Source: Trichomonas gallinae
Lineage: Eukaryota
Direction of reading: 5' to 3'
Assembly: GCA_008369845.1 (NCBI GenBank)
Contig: MRSU01001054.1
Span: 1-64,000, forward strand
Length of the DNA: 64,000 bases
Shown here: in pieces, positions 35,266 to 48,187 of the stretch
Layout: each line of letters opens with the position of its first letter
How positions within the stretch are numbered: position 1 is the stretch's first letter
Position numbers and translations under genes: made by a program
The notes under the pieces: generated by a model
What the model was told of the DNA's origin: nothing
What the model saw: the letters and a program-made list of their open reading frames with translations, nothing else
Database searches by the model: none

Positions 35266-38157
35266 ATGGGTGTTGCTGGTTTTTTTAACTGGATTATGAA
35301 AAGATATCCATCCATTTGCAGGAATGTTGGAAAAGGCGTAAAACCTACGTTTGATTGTTTTTTTATTGATTTTAACTGCATAATTCATACAACATTAAAT
35401 AAAATCAAAGGTGCCGAAGATAAAAACAATCAAGAATTAATCTCTGAAGTATTGATACACTTAGATACTCTTGTTCGAGTTATAAAACCAACGAAATTAC
35501 TGTATATCGCGGTTGATGGACCAACACCGTTTGCCAAATGCATAGAACAACGCTCAAGAAGATTTAGATCGAAAAGTGATCTTGGATCCGATGAAGGATT
35601 CTCTAAAAACGAAATTACGGTTGGATCAGAATTTATGGAACGATTACATCAAGAAATTCTCACGTTTATACAGGATAGAGTAGAAAATGACCCTGTTTGG
35701 TCAAATCCAAATGTAATTTACGATTCTTATCATACACCAGGAGAAGGAGAGCATAAATTAGTCGAATTCATGAGGAAACAACGCATACAGAACAATTGGA
35801 ATGAAGATTACGCATGCTGTGTCTATTCTCCTGATGCAGACATATTTTTTATAATTTTGAACACACAAATCAAGAAAATGGCAGTTTTAAAGGATGACTC
35901 AGGCATATCATATGAAAGGTCTTCTTTGTCAAAGCAAGCAAATCAAGTTCCTTTCAGATTTTTTCCTGATCAATTCGTGTTCATTTATATAAGCATATTA
36001 AGAGAATTAATGCTTGTTGATCTTGTAAACAATGACAAACAAAGGCTTAATAGAGTGATTTCTGATTTCTGCCCAATTGGTTTCTTCTTAGGAAATGATT
36101 ATATTCCTAATTTTCCTCATTTCAAGCTGGACTCGGGTGATTTCGATATAGCATTGGAAGTGTACTGCAGAGTATGCATCCCACAAAAGAAATTCATTAT
36201 AGAAAATAATAATTATAATTTCAGCAATTTCGCTGATTATCTTAAAGAATTATCAGTAGCTATAGCAAATAAAAACGGATCTTGCTTGAAATTCGATCAA
36301 ATCTTGAAATCAGAAAAATCTGAATTCAAACGAAATTTTCCGCCACATGTGAATTTTGAAGATAAAATTAAGAATCTTGTCTATGCTGTACTTGACAGTT
36401 TCGTTTGGGTTGAACATTTGTATACAAAAGGATGCAATTCTTGGTCATGGTATTATCCATACACAATGGTGCCACCTTTGTCCGTTATATCGCAATACCT
36501 TGATGGATATGAACCAAAATTTGAATTAGGACAACCACCTTTGCCTTTTGCATGTTTAATTTCACTTTTACCTGCAAAAAGCAGCAGATTCCTTCCTACT
36601 TGTTTGCAGCCTCTTTATAGTCCATCTTCTCCGATTTCTCATGTTATAAATGGTGATTCTAAGAGTTTATCATTCAATGATTTTGAAAATATCATTAAAA
36701 TAGTGAAAGATGCAGAACCAGACTACACAAAAGAAGAAAAAGTAAGAAATTCCATATTCAACCCATTATTGATCAATTTAAAATCAGCTCCAACAGAATT
36801 TGATATATCGAAAAAGTTTAATTTCAAAAACAATCCAATTAATTCTATTTTCCCATCATTCGAGTCACTCCCACTAGTTTTAAATATCAAAAATCGTCCG
36901 GGAATCAGTTCTGAAAATTCATTAATAATTGAAGCATTTTTGAAGAATCAAGAACCAACTGATATAAAAAGCTTCTCTGGTCTTAAAGGAAAGGTAATAT
37001 TGGTTGATTATCCATTTTTCACGCCAGCTTTAGTCACGAGAGTCATCAGCACTCCAAACAAACCATTATTCAAGGAAACAAAATGTTTGGAATTTACAAG
37101 GAAGCCAAAAATCACAGTCATAGCTCGTCCTATTCAATATCTAAACTACAATCACACATCATATTCATGGGGAGCTGAATGCGCATTTCCTTTGATACAC
37201 ACAGCTCCTTTATCATGCTTCGATAAAATTCTAGATGACTTGCAAGAAGAAAACAAATATAAATTATCTCCTAATATGACTGCTTTTATCGCTCAAGGTA
37301 AATTCGCGCCAAATCTTTGTAAAATAAAAACAATCAATGGTTCTAAAGTAATGATTCATATGATTCAACGCACATTCAACAAAAACATTTCGAACTTATT
37401 AAATGATGATAATGATTGGATTAAGATTGGAAATGTGGCAAACTCAATTGGAATTTCAGTGAATTCACTTAGAATATTAATGGGACCAATAACAACTCCT
37501 AAATACGGAAGAAACGTTGGCATGAAAGTCTTAAAGAAGAACAAAGGCTCAGATGGATACGTTAAAACGAAACAAGGGGAATAATTATTCGTCACGAACG
37601 ATCTTGCTGCATGCATTAAAAATTACGTGAAATTTTTGAACAAAGATATTATACAAATATTAAAATCTTCTAAATCATCTGAAGACTTCACGGACAAATT
37701 CCAGAAATATCTCGACTCTCAAGGTGATGAAGCAATAGAAATCAACAAAACGATGGCTGATTATGTCAGCGAAATAAGTCCTGGCTATAGATCATCAATG
37801 AAGAATTTATCTGCATTTTCTGTTTCTTCTAAAACTTACCAAATGATAGAAACTGCTATTGAGCAATTTGAAAATGAAGACATTATAGGTAGTGTTAAAA
37901 CAGTTGACATGAGTGAATTGATCTGGGAAGGAACAAATAAAGTGAATAAGTTCGAAATAGGAGACCATGTTTGCATCGTTTCCAGAACAGGAACAATTCC
38001 TTTTGGCACGTCAGGAACAGTCATCGCTACATTGATACAGAACACGGTATCTCAAATTGTATCGGACTATCCACTAAAATATGGATCGACAATGATTGAT
38101 ACATTCAAGAAACCAAGAATTTGCTATGTTCAAAATTGCAATTTAGTCAAGTTTTAA
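35266..38157 (+). pseudogene. XRN1: XRN1-type 5'-3' exoribonuclease interrupted by one in-frame TAA at 37582-37584 (N-terminal 772 aa intact)
   Basis: MGVAGFFNWIMKRYP start (Inr TCATTT at 35246); IDFNCIIH, AVDG, QRSRRF, PGEGEHK, SPDAD, GNDY, SWSWYYPY. ORF 37627-38157 is in the same frame and carries FEIGDHVCIV..GTIPFGTSGTVI (Xrn1 SH3-like domain). Confidence 0.8.
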
Positions 38158-40164
38158 CTGTTTAATTATTTTTGTTATTTATTTGATATTCTTTTATGTT
38201 TCAAAATATAAATGTTTATGTTTGTATTAAATACAGATTTTCAATATCATATTTTTTAATACTCTTCATTCATTCGTTAAGTATGGTAAATAAAACAATT
38301 TATCTAGTACTAATGGAATATAAATTAATTAAGTCTCTCATTACTGGATTTCTTGAAAACGAAATTAGATTTGGATGAGACACAAAGGAAAATAAATGAA
38401 ATTGCGATATTTCGCTAGAGATATCTGTATGCATTCATTATTTCGTAAACAAATTGCTCAATAACATTACCAAAATCAAAATACCTTTTTAATATAATAT
38501 CAAAGCTGTAACAGGATATTATTGATACCTTTTTTATATAATATCAATAATGCATGGATGCTTATCATTAAATATTTATGAAAATTTGCTGGCAATTTAT
38601 TTTGAACAACTTTAAATCAATAGAAGTGAATATCTATGATTGAATAAATCACTATTTTATACACAATAAATCATATTTTTACCGTGGATACTATTCAAAT
38701 ACGAGTATTTTTCGTTTTCGATCTTTCGATATTTATCTGTATGCGCCTATATTTTGCATATGAACTATACTAAGTCTATATACTCTATATAACATGACAA
38801 TACATGCAATATAGCAAAATGTTTATGACGAAATTCAAAAATATAAAGGATTTGATACATGATTAAAATTTTTATATTTTTCATGTTATATAGTGTTATA
38901 ATGTACAAATAAAATTTATCTATTAGCAAAATTCAAAACATCGATTAGAAAAACCTTGATTAATCGAGCTGATTTTTAGAAATTTAGCTTTATACAATAT
39001 TTGTGATAGGATTATGAGAATATAATCTGAAAATGAAAAAACGAAATTTATCGTTCGCTCTCAAAATAAATTTAGGGGGCTGCATCCTTATTAAAAATTT
39101 AGGACAAAACATTAACTAAAAATTATTAAAAAGAGCATTAGATATGTGTATGTAATATGATGGCACAAGAAAAAAACAAAGACTATAAAAAATGTTTGAG
39201 AAACCATTCAATTGATTCAGAGTGATTTTTTTACGCCATGACGGTTTTTTATTAATCAAAAAATGGTCGAAGTATAAAATTTTATATCACGAAAATTTGA
39301 AATATTAATATATATCATGCGCATGACAGACAAAAAGGTTGATAATTTTACAGGGAATTGAGAGCAAAAAAATCCAAATTAAGAAATGGCTGGGGTTAAG
39401 TGGGCTATTATGGATAATCATTAAGATGAAAATTCTCAAAATAATGGAATTGAATAAAAATTGGGAAAAAATATTGATTACTAAATTCGACAAATATTGC
39501 TAAACTACCTATAATTAGTATGATTTGTCTTAAATATTGATTATTTAACGAATTCGAAAACTATAAATTTCGTGAATAAAAACGCCTATAAAAGGTATAT
39601 TAATAACATGAATCAATTAAAAATGCATTTCAATTGAATTTGAGAACTTATTCCCATACTATTCAAATTAATCAATTATTTTCAACTATGACGTCAATTA
39701 TTTAGATTAAATCGTAATTATGCGTTAAAATAGATAAATACATTGTGTCTGATGTTTGTATTAACATTTTACATCTTTCATTCAATCTTACCATAAAGTC
39801 CATTGAAAAATATTATCTGATGAATATCATGACTCTATTATGCTATTAATCGATGTCATAATTCATCAAAAAATCAATTTATTTACGCGAGTTCTCAAAA
39901 AAATAAATCAAAAATCGAAAGATACTATTAACATCTACATGATAAGCATATTCTGTCAATAAAATTCATACATTGCTCACAAAATCTAAATTGAGACTGA
40001 CGTAAATGGTTGTAGAAGTATTGAATTTCCTCAATTTTTTTACTTCGCTAATATCATTTTCTCTATTATGCGTGTATGAGTATATTTTCTTATTTTGACC
40101 AGAAACATTCAATTTTCTCAAAAACTTTGAGTTATCAAAAAACAAATATTTCATTATTATAATA

Positions 40165-41076
40165 ATGAGTCAAGATATTGCAACTGTCCTCAAGGCACAT
40201 GACTATGAGCTTATCAGGTACCTGGGCAAGGGTGCCTTTGCCTCATGCTATCTCGTCAAGAGCTTAAAATACAAAATGGAGTTCGTTTGCAAATGTTCAT
40301 TGCCGGACAAGGCTTCACAGAAGTACATTATCAGTTTCATCAATGAGGCTGATATATTGTCACAGTTAAACCATCCAAACATCGTAAGGATTTATGATTA
40401 TTTTCTTGAAAACGGTCAAATTTTCATGATTTTGGAATATTGCCCAAATGGTAACTTATTAGATCTCATAAGAATCCAGGAGAAATTAGATAAGCAGAAA
40501 ATCATCAAGTATGCCACAGAATTGATCGATGCTTTGTCCTATATCCACTCTTTTAACATCGCTCATTGCGATATTAAGCTTTCTAACATCCTTATAGATG
40601 CTTACGATCGCATAAAGATCTGTGACTTTGGTCTCTCTCATTTGATCACCGACCAATTTGATATTGGGACAAGATTTGCTGGTACACTGCACTATATGGC
40701 CCCAGAGGTCATCATGGGACTCAAATTCTGCCCATTCAAGGCTGACGTTTGGTCCATAGGAATAACCTTATATATACTTATAACGAACTGCCTCCCATTT
40801 AGAGGAAAGGATCCAAGGGGCCTCCTCCAGGACATGAGAGCTGGCTATATTAAAATTCCTAACTGCGGTCAATTATCTTTGATTGTAGACCAATGCTTGA
40901 ATATGGATCCAGAGCAGCGCCCAACAATGCAGCAGCTCAAGTTCAAGATCATGGAAGTTTCTGATCGCAGCTTGAAGAACCGCTCATGCAATAAGATTGT
41001 TGTCCCAATGATTACGAACCACCAGAAGAACCATCCATCCCGTCTCTCAAAGACAAGTATTTCATGCGTATATTAA
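40165..41076 (+). CDS. CAMK-like Ser/Thr protein kinase
   Basis: GKGAFAS, VCK, HCDIKLSN, DFG, GTLHYMAPE, DVWSIG. Confidence 0.92.
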   Translation: MSQDIATVLKAHDYELIRYLGKGAFASCYLVKSLKYKMEFVCKCSLPDKASQKYIISFINEADILSQLNHPNIVRIYDYFLENGQIFMILEYCPNGNLLDLIRIQEKLDKQKIIKYATELIDALSYIHSFNIAHCDIKLSNILIDAYDRIKICDFGLSHLITDQFDIGTRFAGTLHYMAPEVIMGLKFCPFKADVWSIGITLYILITNCLPFRGKDPRGLLQDMRAGYIKIPNCGQLSLIVDQCLNMDPEQRPTMQQLKFKIMEVSDRSLKNRSCNKIVVPMITNHQKNHPSRLSKTSISCVY

Positions 41077-42827
41077 ACTGTTTGTATGATATTATTTTTT
41101 AAATTCAATTTTATTCCATTATTAAATTCATATGAAACATAGATTTAATGAACTGTCGTAATGATAAATCGTATTTATATGAGTAACATAATGCATTGTT
41201 AATAACTACAATGTGTTTAAACGAATTTAAGACATTTTTGATTTTTAACGATTTACTTTCAATGATCAAAACATTGTATATTCTGAGTTTTATTCAGTTG
41301 TATAAGTTATATGACAAGACTTCAGTTATGATAGCAAAATTCGAATGCCAAAATGAGAAGAAATATCAAAATCTTGCTTTTCACAAGTGGATATAATATA
41401 CTAAGAAGTAATTAAACTGTTTGGCGGAGAAAGATTAATAAATATTTGCTCGTTATCAAAAAATTTGGAATTTTCTTCAACAATAGCTTGGATCTCCAAT
41501 TTTCCATTGTAAATATGGATAATGAAGGAAGCTACAGTGTATAATGAAATAATGAAAATTTTTTATCCCCGATAAATAGGTAATAATGTCGTAATACAAA
41601 AGTATAAACAAGATGCATTAATATCGTTTCTGTTTCAAGCACCCTTGTAGTATAATAAAGGAGGAGTCAGGCATATTTTCGCCATTTGCTATCAAAAGTA
41701 AAATCTGAGTGGAAATTAAGAGATAAATTCATTCAATCGAAAGATAAAATCCGTGCTTATCTTAAATTAGCATAAAGAATGATAGTAGAATGGGTGGATT
41801 AAAGAATAGTTGCTAATTTGGGAAAAATCAAAATAGGTTTAAAAAAAGGTAAAAACAATTCAAGTTCGTATAAAATCATATGCATAAAAATGTATGTAAA
41901 AGTCAATTTCGTGGAAAAACAAGAAAGTTACATTTTTCACGAGTGTTTCAAAAAATTGATTGTAAATTGAGAACAGATTTACATATAAAATACTACAGTC
42001 AATCATTTTTGGTATTAAAATATATAATATGTAAAGAAATGAAATCAGTAAATCGAAGAAAAATGATGTCAAAAACAATCTTTTCAAAAAAAATCTTTCA
42101 TCAGAATTTGTAAAAAATCCAAGAATTATGAAAGAGATATATACAAGGATGATAAATAGCAAGAGTTTTTAAATTGAGAACTAAAGTTTTTCGGAACTTA
42201 TGGTAAAAGAATATTCAGAATATTCTGTGTATCTAGATAATCTGATTGAAACAAGCTTTCAAAAATCAGATTAATGGAATTGAATGGTCATAGAATTTTA
42301 TTTTTAAGAAAACTGAGCATTATAATATTATAAGATAATGCTACTTTAAATTAAATTCAATCTTCAGATAGAATTTTTTTGAAAAAGATCAGAATTCGAT
42401 TAAATGTTTAGTTATTCAGATATATTATATTTACATCTAGTACAAATGACGCGTAACATTTTACGGTTTGCCACAAAAATCCTTCTCAAAATTATAAATC
42501 TTTGGTGGTATGGTGATCAATGTCCATATATCAATATTTTGATCAAAATACCGAACACCCTTCTCTAATGAAAAATTTTATCTTAAACTTTATCAAACTA
42601 TGTATATCTTTACATATAGTTGATATATCAATGAAAAGTGAAAAGCCCTCAAAAAATTTAGGTAACAAATTTATAGCAAAAATTTGCATATAAGCATAAA
42701 TATATTAATATGAGATAAACATGATTTTAAATTGAATTAAATTTTCAGTTACTGTCAAAAAAATGAATGGTCTTCACAAAAAATGTTCTGAATTCTTATA
42801 CACGTTTTTTTATATAATTTTTAGTTG

Positions 42828-43808
42828 ATGGAAATCCCAAGGGACCTTGGTAAATATGAGATTATTAGGCCTATTGGCAATGGCTCGTTCAGCGGTGTGT
42901 ATCTCGCAACAGAGAAGGCTACCGGAGAACAAGTTGCCATCAAGGCTGTTAACGAACTAGTTTTGATTAAGAACAGGATGCTGGAGAGGTTTTACTATGA
43001 GCTAGAGATAATGAAGAAAATAAGCCACCCTAACATTGTTAAAGTCCATGAAGTCATAACGATTAATCATTGGATTTTCATTGTTCAGGAATACGGTGCT
43101 AATGGAACCTTATATAACTATATTATCCAATCTAAGATATTGACAGAGCGTGAAACACTCAGAATCACACATGATTTACTTGAAGCTTTGGCATATTTGC
43201 ATAGTATCGGAATTGCTCATCGCGACATCAAGCCGGAGAACATTGTTTTCGATAAGTTCATGGCACCAAAGCTTATTGATTTCGGCTTTGCTACCGATAC
43301 TACATTAGACAAAAAACTTCATCACACACAATGTGGATCAGTAGCATATGTTGCCCCGGAAGTTATGACTCCGTTCGGCTATGATCCAAAGAAGAGTGAC
43401 ATTTGGTCGCTGGGTGTTACTGCTTACGTTATGTCAACTGGAATGTTCCCATGGAATCTCTCCTCTAACCAGTCAATCCTCAAGCAGATTTACAACTGGA
43501 ACTGTGAGCTCCCAGAGACTATTCCTGTTCCAATACGTGGATTATTACAAAAGATGCTTGTCAAGGAATCCTACAACAGAGCTACCGCTGCCGAGTTGCT
43601 TAATGAGAAGTCGAAGTGGACAAAGATTGCTGGTTCATCAATGGGTGATATCGAGCTCACAATGATCGGCGACAAGATTCTCCTCAAGAATCAAAAATTT
43701 ATGTCTCCATCACCACTTGTTAGAAGGCGTACAATCATTCGCCCATCTCCAAAGAAGCATAAGCCCATCAAGCCAATCCTGGGAAGCGATCCTTCTCTTC
43801 TTTGCTAG
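42828..43808 (+). CDS. CAMK-like Ser/Thr protein kinase
   Basis: ATG at 42828; GNGSFSGV, VAIK, HRDIKPEN, DFG, CGSVAYVAPE, DIWSLG. Confidence 0.93.
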   Translation: MEIPRDLGKYEIIRPIGNGSFSGVYLATEKATGEQVAIKAVNELVLIKNRMLERFYYELEIMKKISHPNIVKVHEVITINHWIFIVQEYGANGTLYNYIIQSKILTERETLRITHDLLEALAYLHSIGIAHRDIKPENIVFDKFMAPKLIDFGFATDTTLDKKLHHTQCGSVAYVAPEVMTPFGYDPKKSDIWSLGVTAYVMSTGMFPWNLSSNQSILKQIYNWNCELPETIPVPIRGLLQKMLVKESYNRATAAELLNEKSKWTKIAGSSMGDIELTMIGDKILLKNQKFMSPSPLVRRRTIIRPSPKKHKPIKPILGSDPSLLC

Positions 43809-44846
43809 GTATTTGTCTATTGTTTGTATTGTATAAATTTTGTTTATTATTATGCGTTAATTCTCATTCAGTTTTAATTTTGGAAATATTCTATTGAAAC
43901 ATTTAACGACAATCAATACATATGATGAAATCTGTTGTCATATCTCATCCTTTTATTGATTCAGATTATAGTTGGAAGACTTTAAATCTGACTATGAATT
44001 TGTGATATAATGAAAAACAATTGTTTCTATATAAAACTCGAAGATTTAGCATATATTTCTAATATATACTTTATTTCATTAATTTACTAATTAATAAAAA
44101 TAACACAAAATTAACTATAAAAGAATTACACAATAATAATTATTTTTTTCTAAATTGTAATTGTCGAAATATTTAAAATGCGTGTTAGAAATGATTACAC
44201 AGTTGTTACAACACATATAGGATGAATATAAATCAAATCTATTATAAAATTAGAATAATTTTGCATATTTCATATTATCGACATTCGAAATCAAATATTG
44301 GAAACGATATTAACTAATTTATCTCATACTACTATATATATAGTGATGATATACGATAGTATTGTATTAAATAAGTATAAATTCTAGTTTTTGATGTAGG
44401 TAGATTTAATTGAAATTTGATTGTACAGTCTAAAGAAATCTAAATATTGGATTTGTCCATATAATATGAAGAAAATTAATATTGCTATTGAAATATCGCT
44501 TAAATATCATAACCAAAAGTTCGGTTGAAAATCCTAAGTCCAATTTCACTTTTAATTCATTTGTTCTCAGTGCCCACGTGAAAAATACTGCAGTGTTGAA
44601 ATCCGAAGCCAAAAATACATAAAATCGGATTCAAAATGTGGATATAAATTCAAATTAATTCTTTTCGTTTTCTTGTTTGCTATAACATCTATATATAGAA
44701 TTAAGGTAGGCGGTTACAAAAAGTGCGAAGCCTAAAGTATATAATAATGATACCACAATGCAATTTAGCCAAACCAAAAAATTGTTTTGTAGTGAATTTT
44801 GAATCATGGAGATAATTTTTTTATTATTTCTTACATAGAATTCATT

Positions 44847-47360
44847 ATGTTAATTCTCTTGGGCTTATTCTTTCATTCAGGGATGTTAGACACAACTGAT
44901 GAACGTATTACTGATCGTTCTCAAGATAATTATACTATTTCACTAATTAATCTCAATCATGATTCATTTATACAAATTGACGAAATTTACAAGAATATTT
45001 ATATTACTGATATCCCAATAAATGTAACTATATCTCTCATTGCCCAAGAAATGATTATTAAGTTTGGAAATTATTCACAAGACTATAAAATAACTATTAC
45101 AATGCCAAGTATTAAATCAGTTTCATTCTTTTTTCAACCAAATTCGAATATAAGCCTATACAACAAGTTTCCTTCGTCTTTACTTCTATCAAAAATATAT
45201 ATTTTTCATTTGAATGAAAATGTTATTGTTAACTTGTTACCCTCATCATGGAAAAGCATCCAGCCAAAAATGTATATAAAAAATTCAACAAATACAATTT
45301 ATAACATAGACACAGATTTTATTCCATTTATATTTAATGATGGATTCAAAACAGCCACAGCTATTATGAACATCAAGAAAAAGAACGTGAAATTCATGAG
45401 AGAATTCTTGTATCATAGTTTGACAATATATGCTGAAAAATCCGATACAAATATATATATACCAAGCTGCTCAGTACATATTTTAAAATCAAATGATGTA
45501 ATTTTCAATTTTAAATCCTTTGATATCAAAAATTTCGAAACTGTTGTAGAAAATTCGAAAATATACATTGATAAACTGACAATTACAGATGGATTGTTGA
45601 AATGCCAATCTATAACGGCAAAACACGTTGAAATTACTGCGAATTTTTATAAATCAGCTTTTATTATTGCAGAAAGTTTTGAATTCGATTCATTTCACCT
45701 ATCAATTGCAGACCAAGTAGATAAATGTCCAATTGTTCAGTCAAACTCTCCAACTGATTGGACAACATCAAAATTACACGTGATTAACTCAACAATCAAA
45801 TCTCCTGTTAAATTCAGCGCTTATTGTGACGAAAACAAAAATATATTCGGTATAGAACTAGATGAATACGATTTGCCCTATTTTATTCGAAATATTTTTA
45901 TTACAGAAGCATATTACGAAGAAACAATGAATAACTCCATTGTTATTAGCAAGGACAAACTCAATGAAGTCAGAAATATTCTATTTTACAGTCAAACAAC
46001 ATTGAATATCGTAATTTTAGACAGATATACAGATATTATTGAAATTATCGATTTTTCGAATTTTACTGCTGATTTAAATGTATACTCAACGTTTAAAAGC
46101 GATTTTCCAAGAGTAATCGTATCAGGAAAGAACACAATGCAAATTTTATTAAAAAATGTTACATTAGTTAACAACAATCATCAAATTATCAGCGCACAAC
46201 TATTAAATTTTGATAATATTAATATGAGCAATACAATAAATCTTATTGCAGAGAAAATATCAATAACAACAAATATTCCATTTAAACTCAACATATTAAA
46301 GTCAGATCTTTTAATTCTTCATATTGATACATCAACCACATATGTTATCAACCAAACACACTTGACTTTCGATGATTGCTCAATTAATCTAAATAATTCA
46401 ACACAAGTCAATGCTTATGTCAAAGCAAAGAATCCGAATTTGATTGTAACATCCAATACACTCAAGAAAATCAACATTATGGCGTACAATTCAATGAGTT
46501 TCAGTTCGAATTTTCCTCTTGATGCGGCTTATTTCGGATTTTATACTGTTCAACAGGTCACAAATTATCTACCAAAATCATTAATCATCAATGGAACCTA
46601 TCAAATACCTAATTTAATCACGATTCCAGAAAATGCAGAACTAACATTCATGTATGCAGGCGAAATCACATCGCAAATCAAGAGAAAGCTTGAATTAAAG
46701 AAACTCACACTAGGATATTCTTCATCATTGCTGAAATCCAACATTTCATATAAAACAAAAGAATTTGACGTCCAGACAACATTAAATAGTGTAATTGTAG
46801 GTTTAGAAGCAGAAATTCTTAATATATATCCTGAATGTCTTTGTACAATAGATTCGATTTCTGGACTCAAAGAAATTAACGTTAATTATAGCATCTCTGC
46901 ACTGGGATACATTCATTTACACAAAATTAATCTAGAAAATGACAATTTAACAATAAATTTGAATAATTTTGATCCAAATGATCAGTTCTATTATGATTTC
47001 GACTGGAATAACTTGAGTGTTAATTTCCTTTGTATTGATAACTTCAGTTTTGATCAAATTAATCTAAATTATAAGTTTAAAAGTTCTCATTGGGATTTCA
47101 ACGGCGAAAGTCGACTTTTCGACATGGTTGTTAGAAAAGATGCAAATAAATCATGTCTTTCTATAGTACATAGACAAAAGAATGAAAAAATAGAACACGA
47201 GAAGTCGTACACAGCTCTATATATAGGAATTGGTGTTGCTGGATGCGTTTGTCTTTTTGTTATCATTTCTTTAACTGTTTTATGCAGGATTAAAACGAAA
47301 AGAATCCAGAGTTTCACAACAGACAGTCCAAGCGAATCTATTTTTAGCCATTTTATTTAA
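44847..47360 (+). CDS. Type-I membrane/surface protein (about 837 aa)
   Basis: ATG 44847 after TCATT Inr; signal-like MLILLGLFF; I/N-rich ectodomain with many N-x-S/T sites; TM ALYIGIGVAGCVCLFVIISLTVLC; short tail. Confidence 0.82.
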   Translation: MLILLGLFFHSGMLDTTDERITDRSQDNYTISLINLNHDSFIQIDEIYKNIYITDIPINVTISLIAQEMIIKFGNYSQDYKITITMPSIKSVSFFFQPNSNISLYNKFPSSLLLSKIYIFHLNENVIVNLLPSSWKSIQPKMYIKNSTNTIYNIDTDFIPFIFNDGFKTATAIMNIKKKNVKFMREFLYHSLTIYAEKSDTNIYIPSCSVHILKSNDVIFNFKSFDIKNFETVVENSKIYIDKLTITDGLLKCQSITAKHVEITANFYKSAFIIAESFEFDSFHLSIADQVDKCPIVQSNSPTDWTTSKLHVINSTIKSPVKFSAYCDENKNIFGIELDEYDLPYFIRNIFITEAYYEETMNNSIVISKDKLNEVRNILFYSQTTLNIVILDRYTDIIEIIDFSNFTADLNVYSTFKSDFPRVIVSGKNTMQILLKNVTLVNNNHQIISAQLLNFDNINMSNTINLIAEKISITTNIPFKLNILKSDLLILHIDTSTTYVINQTHLTFDDCSINLNNSTQVNAYVKAKNPNLIVTSNTLKKINIMAYNSMSFSSNFPLDAAYFGFYTVQQVTNYLPKSLIINGTYQIPNLITIPENAELTFMYAGEITSQIKRKLELKKLTLGYSSSLLKSNISYKTKEFDVQTTLNSVIVGLEAEILNIYPECLCTIDSISGLKEINVNYSISALGYIHLHKINLENDNLTINLNNFDPNDQFYYDFDWNNLSVNFLCIDNFSFDQINLNYKFKSSHWDFNGESRLFDMVVRKDANKSCLSIVHRQKNEKIEHEKSYTALYIGIGVAGCVCLFVIISLTVLCRIKTKRIQSFTTDSPSESIFSHFI

Positions 47361-47612
47361 TGGCATATACTATTGTTTATTTAACTTAAATATATATTTC
47401 TATCATTGAAATTGACATTTTTATACATATATCATTCATCTCATTGTTCAATTTTGCTTTTAATAGAAATATTTTTCATATATCAACAAAACTATACATA
47501 ATACAAAAATTCCACAAATATTAGATCTTGTAAACAAAAATAATCATGTATCATATATATAAAAAAATGCTTTGTTAATTAATTTTCAAGATATTCCGCA
47601 ATAAAAAAATAT

Positions 47613-48021
47613 TGTCATGTAAAGTAATATTTTGTTTTGTAAATTTTTCATGCATGTAAATATAAATTTTTGTCATGTAAAAAAATTATTTACAAGGTAT
47701 AGATGTGTACACTTAGTCTTCCCAGTGGAATCATTCAGAATTAAAGTTATAGATACAGAAGGACTATAAGAAACACATACTAGTAAATATCAAAAATTAT
47801 CAAAGATTCACAGAGTTTGAACAGCTTCATTGACTTTTTTGCCATGTAAATATCATATTTGTCAATGGATGTGACAATTTTCTCGGTTTCATTCAATTTT
47901 GAATTCACTTTGAAAAGAATATCAATTATCTCTCAAACCGCATTGCTAAAATTATATATATGTAAACGAATTTTTGTGATGTAAAAAATTTGCTATGTAA
48001 ATATTATATTTTGTCATGTAA
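47613..48021 (-). promoter_or_regulatory. Cluster of TTACATGNCA-like motifs upstream of B-box/TLDc gene
   Basis: On + strand: tgtcatgtaa 47613, 47671, 48012; tgccatgtaa 47840; variants at 47650, 47975, 47991. Confidence 0.4.
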
Positions 48022-48187
48022 ACAAAATTTTATCAAAATTATGTAACATAAAAAAATAGAGTATTTGTTTTGAGAAATGAGTTATTTAAGTCAGGAAAAG
48101 CATATTTATGTGGTTCAAATTCGATAAACGGGAAAGTTTTAACGTCCGGCCGTTATTTTTACAGTTTCTGCAAAAAAAGAAAAAACA

